Assembly (NCBI RefSeq): GCF_000283555.1
Contig: NC_016012.1
Coordinates: 480,001 to 512,000 of the forward strand
Reading direction: 5' to 3'
Length of the DNA stretch: 32,000 nt
DNA from: Candidatus Arthromitus sp. SFB-rat-Yit
GTDB taxonomy: Bacteria; Bacillota; Clostridia; Clostridiales; Clostridiaceae
The translations under genes and the position numbers were made by a program. Numbering within the stretch: position 1 is the stretch's first letter; every line of letters starts with the position of its first letter. The notes under the pieces are model-generated. The model made no database searches. It saw nothing but the letters and a program-made list of their open reading frames with translations, and had not been told where the DNA came from. Shown one piece after another: positions 7,282 to 15,900 of the stretch.

Positions 7282-8940
7282 ATGGAACTGAATGAAATTG
7301 ATATTATTAATTCATTTAATGATATTGTTTTAATTACTGATCTCAATAATATTATAAAATCTTATAATAAAAAGGCTTATGAATCATTTTCATTTGATAA
7401 GGACTTTTTAAAAGGCAAAAGTATAACTGATTTTATTGATGCGTTTGAAATAGGTATACATGATGATGTTATAAGTGATGAGGATTTTCATTTTGTTAAT
7501 AAAATATCGAAAAATATTTTAAACTATGATACAAGAACTGTTGTGTTTAAGAGGGTTTTCAAAAGAAAGGAACTATTTTTTAAACTTGGAATTTATGAAC
7601 ACAAATTATATGGTAATGAAGTAGTGGGAAATATTTATATATTAACGGATATTACAGATATTTATATGGATTATAGAGATTTAAGTAAAAGTAATGAGTC
7701 GATGAGAAATTATATTATTGATATGAAGGGACTTATTGATATAAAGCATAGATTGAATAAAAAGAAACATAATCAGTTTATTCATATAAACAATATAATT
7801 AACAATTTGCACGATGGAATTATAGTAGTAGACAATATGTTTTCTGAGATTTATTGCAATGATGTGTATAAGAATACTTTTGATTTTACAGCTAGAGAAT
7901 TTTTATCTTTAAAATTTTTAGATAATTATAAGGTTGATGCTATTGGGAATACTACGATTGATATTAGGGAGTTTTTAAGGAATATTAAATTCAAAAATGA
8001 AAAGAGAACAGGCCAATTCTTATTTAAGAATATTGAAAAAAATATTGAAAAATATTTTCAAATAACATTGAACACTATAGATTATCATGATAATTCTAAG
8101 CTCAAATATCATAATATTATTATATTTTCTGATATAACTCAAATTAAAACCCAAGAGTTATTAAAAGATGATTTTTTCAACATGGTATCTCATGAATTAA
8201 GAACGCCGATTACTTTAATAAAATCATCTCTTCAAGCACTTGAAAATTTGTGTAGAGATGAAGTGACAATAGGAATGAAAAAATATTTAAATATGATGAA
8301 TAAAAATAGTTCAAGGTTGTTAAAACTTATTAATAATATTTTAGATTTATCAAAAGCGGAATCTGGTTATATGTTACCTATTATGAGTTATTTTGATATA
8401 GTTATTATAACTGAAGACATAGTTACGTCAATAAATTTGCATGCCAATCACAAAAAAAATATAAAAGTTATATTTGAACCAAATGTTGAAGAAGAGTATT
8501 TGTATTTTGATAAAGAAATGTATGAGAAGATTTTATTAAATTTATTATCTAATGCAATTAAATTCACCCCAAACAATAAAATGGTGTATGTTAACCTGAT
8601 TATAAATAGTGATAATTTTGTATTGAAAGTAAGAGATCAAGGAATTGGAATACCTAAAGATAAATTAAATGGAGTTTTTGATAAATTTAATCAGGTTAGT
8701 TCTGTTTTGAGTCGTGGTGCAGAGGGAAGTGGGATAGGTTTATCCATAGTAAAGAGATTTGTTGATATATTAGGGGGTAAAATTGTTATTAATAGTGATA
8801 TTGGAATTGGAACGGAATTTATTTTAACGTTTAATAAAACTATTATTGATAATGATTTTGAGATGATTGAGGAAGATATATTGATAAATGATGATGTTAG
8901 TTCAAAAGTAGACATCCATTTTTCTGATATTTATTCTTAA
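7282..8940 (+). CDS. Cytoplasmic PAS-domain sensor histidine kinase with no adjacent response regulator
   Basis: H-box FFNMVSHELRTPIT, N-box LLNLLSNAIKFTP, G1 VRDQGIGIP, F-box FDKFNQ, G2 GSGIGLSIVKRFV. No hydrophobic transmembrane segment. The start is either the GTG at 7273 or the ATG at 7282, 3-12 nt after the recJ stop. Confidence 0.9.
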   Translation: MELNEIDIINSFNDIVLITDLNNIIKSYNKKAYESFSFDKDFLKGKSITDFIDAFEIGIHDDVISDEDFHFVNKISKNILNYDTRTVVFKRVFKRKELFFKLGIYEHKLYGNEVVGNIYILTDITDIYMDYRDLSKSNESMRNYIIDMKGLIDIKHRLNKKKHNQFIHINNIINNLHDGIIVVDNMFSEIYCNDVYKNTFDFTAREFLSLKFLDNYKVDAIGNTTIDIREFLRNIKFKNEKRTGQFLFKNIEKNIEKYFQITLNTIDYHDNSKLKYHNIIIFSDITQIKTQELLKDDFFNMVSHELRTPITLIKSSLQALENLCRDEVTIGMKKYLNMMNKNSSRLLKLINNILDLSKAESGYMLPIMSYFDIVIITEDIVTSINLHANHKKNIKVIFEPNVEEEYLYFDKEMYEKILLNLLSNAIKFTPNNKMVYVNLIINSDNFVLKVRDQGIGIPKDKLNGVFDKFNQVSSVLSRGAEGSGIGLSIVKRFVDILGGKIVINSDIGIGTEFILTFNKTIIDNDFEMIEEDILINDDVSSKVDIHFSDIYS

Positions 8941-8988
8941 ATTAAAGACTATATTAAAATTTATTTCAGTATAAAGAGGGCATTATAG

Positions 8989-10056
8989 ATGAATAAGAAA
9001 ATTATATTAACTGGTGGTGGAACGGCAGGTCATGTTATTCCGAATATTGCAATAATACCTAAATTGAGAGAAATGGGATATGATATTGTTTATATTGGGA
9101 GTAGGACTGGGATAGAGAAGGAATTAATAGAATCACAAAAAATAAAATATTACGGTATAAGTACAGGTAAGCTTAGGCGTTATATTGATATTAATAATAT
9201 TAAGGATCCTTTTAGAGTTATTAGGGGTGTTTTTGAGGCAAGTAGTATAATTAAAAAAGAGAAGCCGAATATTGTATTTTCAAAGGGTGGATTTGTTGCT
9301 ATCCCTGTAATATTGGGTGCATTTAGAAATAGAGTGCCTATAGTTTCTCATGAATCGGATATTACCCCAGGACTTGCAAATAAGATTGCTATGCCATTTA
9401 TAAAGAAAATATGTACAACCTTCCCAGAAACAGAGAGATATATTGGAAGTAAAAAAATCGAGTTAACGGGAACTCCAATACGAAAAGAATTGTTTCTCGG
9501 AAGTGAGATAAAAGGTAAAGAAATTTGTAAATTTAATAGTAATAAACCTATTATATTTGTAATGGGAGGTAGTCAAGGATCTGTTTTTATAAATAATTTG
9601 ATACGTAAGAATTTGGATAAACTTTTGGATAAATTTAATATAATTCATATTTGTGGTAAAAATAATTTGGATAATTCCTTGGAAAATAAGGATGGGTATA
9701 TTCAAAATGAATATATTGGATATGAATTGCCACATTTATTGAAAATAAGTAATTTGATAATATCAAGAGCAGGATCAAATAGTATATATGAAATACTTGC
9801 ATTAAAAAAACCAAATATACTAATTCCATTATCAAAGCGAGCTAGTAGAGGGGATCAAATTTTAAATGCAAGGTCTTTTGCTGATAGAGGATTTAGTGAA
9901 TTTATTGAAGAAGAAGATATAAAGAGTTTTGATGATTTGGGTAATCTTATAGATAAGGTTTACTCCAATAGAGAGAAATATATAAATAATATGAATATAA
10001 ATTCTGACAATTCAATAGGAAATATAATTAATGTTATAGTTAAATATTCAAAATGA
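8989..10056 (+). CDS. murG: MurG, undecaprenyl-PP-MurNAc-pentapeptide UDP-GlcNAc transferase
   Basis: N-terminal LTGGGTAGHVIPNIAI signature, GT28 architecture, later GGSQGS and RAGSNSIYE motifs. 355 aa. Confidence 0.9.
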   Translation: MNKKIILTGGGTAGHVIPNIAIIPKLREMGYDIVYIGSRTGIEKELIESQKIKYYGISTGKLRRYIDINNIKDPFRVIRGVFEASSIIKKEKPNIVFSKGGFVAIPVILGAFRNRVPIVSHESDITPGLANKIAMPFIKKICTTFPETERYIGSKKIELTGTPIRKELFLGSEIKGKEICKFNSNKPIIFVMGGSQGSVFINNLIRKNLDKLLDKFNIIHICGKNNLDNSLENKDGYIQNEYIGYELPHLLKISNLIISRAGSNSIYEILALKKPNILIPLSKRASRGDQILNARSFADRGFSEFIEEEDIKSFDDLGNLIDKVYSNREKYINNMNINSDNSIGNIINVIVKYSK

Positions 10057-10094
10057 AAAAGGAGAATTCAATTTTAAGTTGAATTCTCCTTTTA
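10057..10094. terminator. Bidirectional rho-independent terminator
   Basis: AAAAGGAGAATTCAA (10057-10071) / TTGAATTCTCCTTTT (10079-10093), a perfect 15-bp stem with A/T runs on both sides. It lies between convergent genes. Confidence 0.85.
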
Positions 10095-10096
10095 TA

Positions 10097-10681
10097 TTAA
10101 AAATTTTTGTATATACCAGATGTTAGTATGTTTAGGAGTTTATCTGACACAATTATATTCCATTGGTTATTTTTCTTGGATAGTTTCACATCTAAGATTA
10201 CAGAAGATTTATATTTTGTGGATTCTAATGATTCAAGAAATTTTTCGTATTTATTTTGACCATCATTGTTTAGGAATGATGATTCATTTTTAAAAAAGTT
10301 TAATATGTGTTTTCCAAGATCAAAATATGTAAATCTTATTTTTAGAGTTGATGAGTTTAAAAATGTTTTTGAAGATAATATCTCATAATTTATATTAAAC
10401 ATTATGTTTCGTAGTTCAGTAATTATTTTTGATTTAGTCTCATTATCTAATTGATTTAATATATTATCAAATACATTGTTTATATCTGGTATTGATATAT
10501 TTGATAAGTAGGTATTAGCTTGATTGATATCTTTTGATGTATATGAGTACATAAAATCTTTAAAGGCTATTTGACTGTTTTTAGATACTGATAAAGAAAA
10601 GTGGATAATAAGACCTAATGCTATAGAAATTAATATTACACAACATAGTTTTAATAATATATTTTTACCTATAATTTTCAC
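10097..10681 (-). CDS. Membrane-anchored hypothetical protein
   Basis: GTG start after AAGGACGG. Single N-terminal transmembrane segment (LLKLCCVILISIALGLIIHF), followed by a soluble domain of about 160 aa ending ...VILDVKLSKKNNQWNIIV. It loosely resembles small NTF2-like extracytoplasmic domains, but the family is not established. Confidence 0.5.
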   Translation of the reverse strand: MKIIGKNILLKLCCVILISIALGLIIHFSLSVSKNSQIAFKDFMYSYTSKDINQANTYLSNISIPDINNVFDNILNQLDNETKSKIITELRNIMFNINYEILSSKTFLNSSTLKIRFTYFDLGKHILNFFKNESSFLNNDGQNKYEKFLESLESTKYKSSVILDVKLSKKNNQWNIIVSDKLLNILTSGIYKNF

Positions 10682-10731
10682 GCTAGTCCGTCCTTTATAT
10701 TAGATTATTTTAGAAGTTTAAAGGTGATCTT

Positions 10732-11841
10732 ATGAAAAAGAATAACAAAAAATTAAAGAATTATACTGATAAAAAATTAATTAATTTAAGATTGTTACAA
10801 ATAAGGTTAATAAGTAGGCTGAACGCACCCGATTTAGAGTATAAAATCTATAACCTTCAACAATTAATTAAACTTCTTGAAGGAGATGAATTTTATGATC
10901 CTACATTAGGTAGACAGTATTTGGAAGAAATAAAAAATAATAATTTTAATTGTATTGAGCAAATTAAAGAAAATAATTTGACATTGGATTTAAATTTTAA
11001 AAGTGATTTTAAGGAATTAATATATAACCTTAAGAAAATAATTTACGATGGAAATTACGAAAAAGCAATAGAACTTGGAAATAAAATAGGAGAAATATAT
11101 CAAAAAAAGGATTTGATATGGTTTTTAATAGCTTTATGCCATGATTTAAATGGAGATAAAGAAGAGAGTATATTCTATTATAAACGATCCATACTTTTAA
11201 ATGAATTTGAAGTTAAATATTATTATTATTTAGCAAATGTATATATAGACATAGGTGATTTAAAAAATGCTAATAAGTATATTTCATATGCTTTAAAGTT
11301 GGATTGTGAAAGTAGATATATACTTGAATCTCATGCATATATTTTGTTGCACAACAATCAGTATGATGCTGCAATTGGTATTTTTAAAGAATTTATATCT
11401 GATACGGATCAGTACAAAAATGTTAATAGAATAATTTCAATAATATATTTCCTGAAAGGTATCAATTATTCATATAAATCGAAGGATGGATATCTTTATA
11501 ATATAGATAAGAACGATACATATAATGTTATTGCTTGTATAGACAAAGCTATGGAATTTGATAATAGCGATTTATATTTTAGAGGACATATTGAGAATGC
11601 GAGAAATTCTTTAAAAATGTGTTTTGATTTAAAAAGAATATGGATTCTATTGATAACGAGTTTATTTTATATATTAAACATTCCATTTATTAAAGTTTTG
11701 GTTGTTATTATGTTGTTTGTGATATTCATATCAAGTTTTAAAATGGTTTGTGTGCTTGAACGATTTAAAATAACAAATGATGGAAGTAAAATTGATAATT
11801 TTTGTGATAAAATAAATAGGATATTTTATTTTAAAAGATAG
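10732..11841 (+). CDS. TPR-like repeat protein with C-terminal transmembrane helices
   Basis: AAAGGTGA ribosome-binding site. The central region has TPR-like helical repeats (e.g. YYYYLANVYIDIGDLKNANKYISYALKLD). The C-terminal segment WILLITSLFYILNIPFIKVLVVIMLFVIFISSF is hydrophobic. Confidence 0.55.
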   Translation: MKKNNKKLKNYTDKKLINLRLLQIRLISRLNAPDLEYKIYNLQQLIKLLEGDEFYDPTLGRQYLEEIKNNNFNCIEQIKENNLTLDLNFKSDFKELIYNLKKIIYDGNYEKAIELGNKIGEIYQKKDLIWFLIALCHDLNGDKEESIFYYKRSILLNEFEVKYYYYLANVYIDIGDLKNANKYISYALKLDCESRYILESHAYILLHNNQYDAAIGIFKEFISDTDQYKNVNRIISIIYFLKGINYSYKSKDGYLYNIDKNDTYNVIACIDKAMEFDNSDLYFRGHIENARNSLKMCFDLKRIWILLITSLFYILNIPFIKVLVVIMLFVIFISSFKMVCVLERFKITNDGSKIDNFCDKINRIFYFKR

Positions 11842-11861
11842 TTGAAATTGGAGGTATCAAA

Positions 11862-12350
11862 TTGACTACATTGTACGAACATAATATATTGGGATCTAAG
11901 ATTTCGATGATCAGTACTACTTTTAATATACCATTTCTTTTTGGAGAGGGTACGATATGTTTATATGAACAGGGAGTAACTTTTTCTGATGAAAATGGAG
12001 ATGAGAAATACATTATAGGTTTAGATGAACTAGTTATCTTTTATGAAACATTTGTTAATATTAGAAATTTAAAATACATCCCAAATGTAAAAATTTTTAC
12101 ATCTGGTGTTTCTTTTAAATTTAAAAATCTGAATAAAAGATTAAGGTATGTTAAAGGAAGTTATTATGGGAAAATGGTTATTAACATAGATAAAATAGGT
12201 AAAATAGAACTTTTGGATAATCAATCGTTTAAATATAGAAAGTTTTATAATATTGTTAATGATTTAAAAAATGGAATTAGTCCTTTAAATAATTTAGAGA
12301 AACAGAAAGAAACTTTTTTATCAAAGTTATTTAAATATAAATTGTTTTAA
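11862..12350 (+). CDS. Hypothetical protein (162 aa)
   Basis: TTG start 7 nt after GGAGG and 20 nt after the preceding gene, so probably co-transcribed with it. I recognise no family. Confidence 0.5.
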   Translation: MTTLYEHNILGSKISMISTTFNIPFLFGEGTICLYEQGVTFSDENGDEKYIIGLDELVIFYETFVNIRNLKYIPNVKIFTSGVSFKFKNLNKRLRYVKGSYYGKMVINIDKIGKIELLDNQSFKYRKFYNIVNDLKNGISPLNNLEKQKETFLSKLFKYKLF

Positions 12351-12387
12351 AAACTTTTGGCAATTATTTGCCAAAAGTTTTTTTTAT
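12351..12387. terminator. Rho-independent terminator, probably bidirectional
   Basis: AAACTTTTGGCAA (12351-12363) / TTGCCAAAAGTTT (12368-12380), a perfect 13-bp stem with a TTAT loop and a following T-run. It lies between convergent genes. Confidence 0.8.
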
Positions 12388-12432
12388 AAAAATGAATATT
12401 ACTTTACATAATTTTAAAAAATATTAAGGAAT

Positions 12433-12819
12433 TTAATCGTTGAGTTCGAATGAGTACGTACCAACACCATTATCATATTTTAAATCTATGTAATATGTTT
12501 TTTCGCTATTAGGGCTTAAGGTTATTTCTTGTTCTGATGGAGAGTTTATATTTAGGTATTCGTTATTATTTTCATCTACAATTGTTATTGATGTTTTACC
12601 TGTTCTAAGTTTTAGTGAAGTTTTTAAGGTGGATTCTTTTGAAATTGTAAATTTATAAGACTCATTTCCAGAAAATTTTGAAAAGTCTTGTGTTATTTGT
12701 GAGTTTGGTTTGAGTTCACCTATTATTGTTCTCTTAGTTTTAGGAGCATTGGAACATGAAGTTAAAAATAAAGTGAGTGTTACAACAATTGTACCGAGTA
12801 TTAAATATTTTGATCTCAT
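12433..12819 (-). CDS. Small lipoprotein with a beta-sandwich-like domain
   Basis: AAGGAG ribosome-binding site. Signal peptide with lipobox LFLTSC|S. The mature part (...SYKFTISKESTLKTSLKL...ITIVDENNNEY...TYYIDLKYDNGVGTYSFEL) has the alternating pattern of PPC-like beta-sandwich domains. That family call is tentative. Confidence 0.7.
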   Translation of the reverse strand: MRSKYLILGTIVVTLTLFLTSCSNAPKTKRTIIGELKPNSQITQDFSKFSGNESYKFTISKESTLKTSLKLRTGKTSITIVDENNNEYLNINSPSEQEITLSPNSEKTYYIDLKYDNGVGTYSFELND

Positions 12820-12912
12820 AAATAAATTCTCCTTTTAATTGCTTTGGATTTAGTATTGCACAAAAATAGAAAAAATTTCAAATGATTTTATGATTTAACA
12901 ATTATTTTAAGA

Positions 12913-15900
12913 ATGTACGGATTAATTAAATCAAGAAAGGAAGGAATTAAGTTGAGGAAATTAGATTTAAAAATTTTTAAATTTATGATTTTGATGTTAG
13001 TTGCGATTAGTTGTTTGAAAATTTATAGTGTTTATTCTAAAAATAAGGTGGTTAAACAATCTAGATCATATGATTTTGAATTAAATGTTGAAGATTTGAA
13101 ATTTAATTCTGCTAGATTTAGTTGGGTTTATCCAGATGATTTTGAATTTATAGTTGGAGATTACATAAATTTATTTTTGATTAATGAAGAAAGTGGAAGT
13201 AATGGAGAAAGTCCGATTTTTTCTGCTATTCATGGTAAAGATGGAAATGATCTGTCTAATATTACGAGTCTTGATTTTGATTCGCTTACACATTCAACAA
13301 AATATCAATTGAAATTAGAATTTAATCAAATACATGGAGATTATTATAGTGTTGAAAAAAACTTTGAAACAAATGATTTTGAGATATCGGATATCCAAAT
13401 AGATGGGATAGAGGATGGGGTTGTTAAAAATAAATTGATAAATGTTAAATGGAAAACAAATCCTGAATCAATATCCTTTGGAGAAAATGATAAAGTTGAA
13501 ATACTTTTAAAAGAGTTGAGTGATGAAAGTTTTAGAAGGAATCCAATTTTTTCATCAAATAAAGATGTTAAAAATGCAGAATTTTCTCTTCCGGTATTTG
13601 AAGGCATGTATGACCTTCAAATAGTTTATTACATAAAAGATGATATTATTTACAGTGATTTATTTTATTGTGATTTAAAAAGTGGGGGGATAGAGCTTAT
13701 TACTCAAGATATAAAAACATCTTCTGCAAAACTTGTTTTAAATTATCCGAATCAGGATATTTTAAGCGATAATACTAAGGTTAATATTTATATTAGGGAA
13801 GATATGAATCTTGATTATAGTAAAGATCCGATAATTTCATTTAGTGGAAAGGAAGACATACTTAAAAATAAGGAGTATGTATTTAATAAGCTTAAATTCT
13901 CAACAAAATATTACGTTAAAGTTCAATTCATCATTGAAACTTTTAACAAATTTGGTAAAGATGTTCCAGTTGTAGTTGAGAGTAATTGTGAATTTGAAAC
14001 GAAAAAATTTGGTGTAAAAGATTTGAAATTTACTGATGGAAATGAAAATATATCAAAGCTTAGTTGGGATTTTGATGGTGAGGAAATCTTATTTTCTGAA
14101 GGGGATAGTTTAAAAGTTTACATAAAAGAGAGTTTGGAAGATAGTTATTCTGAAAATATTTTAAAAGATATTAGCCTGAGTGCAGAAGAATTATTAACTA
14201 AAAAGGATTTAGATATTACATTTCCAAAGTACGATACAAAGTATGATATTAAGTTCAATTATAATATCGGAGGAAGAAATCTCTTTGAGTATTTAACTCA
14301 CACGGTTTCTTTACCTAAAATTGATTTTGGGGTTAAGGTAATAGGTGAGGATAGCTTAAATTTTAAAATTAAATTTGATCAAAATAAAACTAAATTTGAA
14401 AAAAATGATGATGATAAGATAGAAATTTTTGTTAAAAAATATGGGGAAAACGATGAGGCTTATAGATCTATAAATTTTACGGAAAATCAAATTACTGCTG
14501 AGCCAGAAAAAGCAAAAGAAGGGGATGCGGAAAATATAGTAGAGAGGGAACTTAAACTTGAAACAATTTCATCAGTTTTTGGGGAAAATCAGCCTTCTAC
14601 AGTAGAAGGAGATGGAAACTCACAAAATACTCAAACAGAGAAAAAACAATATGAATTTAAAATTATTGTTAGGAAAGATGGGGCGATGTTTCAAGAAAAG
14701 TTTTATAGAGTTTCAATGGAGGAAAATTCCCTTCAAATTGTTGATGTTGTATTCAAAAGGATAAGTGAGAAAAAAATTGAGGCAAGTGTTGAGTATGCTC
14801 CATATGATTATGAATTTTCAGATAAAGTTGAATCGCTAAGTTATACAAAGAGTAAGGACACAACTGCTAAGTCTGTACTTAAAAAGAGAACATCAACTGA
14901 AAGTCAAATAACAAGTGAATTTAAAACTAATAGGAAGTTTGAAATAAGTTTTGATGATTTCGGAGTTTATAAATTGAAATTTTCATACAAGATGAAGGAA
15001 ACTCAGGCTACAAATAGAGATGGGAGTGAAAGTTCAGAAAGTAAATTTAATATAACTGAGATGGAAAAAGTTTATAATAATAAATTTGATGTTTTTAGAC
15101 TGGAACTTAGAGATGATATTTTTAATGAAATAAAGCTAAATTTAGATTTTGATAGCTATTACACTCCTAAAAATGGAGATAAGGTTGAAATATTTTTTAA
15201 GGTTAATAGTGAAGACGAAACAGATAAAAAGAGCGAAGACTTTAGTAAAGATCCATTAGTTACATTTGTTCATAAAGATAATGAACTTAATTTATCAAAT
15301 ATGGGAGCTTTTGATTTAGCAGGATTAGATGCTGGAACTAAATACAGTTTTAAGGTAATATTTACTCCTAAAGATTCACAATCAAATGCAATAGAAAAAT
15401 ATAAAGATGCAGAAACTAAAGATATTAAAATTTCTAATTTAGTAATTGATCATGTATCGGACATAATTGCGTATGCAAGATGGGAACTCGAAGAAGGATG
15501 TGAATTTGGAGTTAATGATAAATTGGATATTTTTTATAAAAAAGATGGTGAGGAGTATCCCAAAGATCCAAATCAGCAAGAAGAAGATTTGTATATTAAT
15601 GATGGGGTTATTCTTTATTTAGATACGGTTGATACTCAGTATAATATAAAATTTGTGTTTAGAAGTGGAAGTAAAACTTTTGAGGAAGAGGTGGATTTCA
15701 ATAATAAGATAAATGATTTAGAAGTTGAAATTTTAGATATATATGAAACCTCAGTATATGTGAAATGGGATTATCCTGAAAATTATAGTATTACAGATGG
15801 TGAGAGTATTTCAATATTTTTAAAAAGAAAAGATGGAGTTTATGCTGAAGAGCCTGATTATTTTGTTGAACAAAATGATGAGGAAGGAGAAGATATAGAA

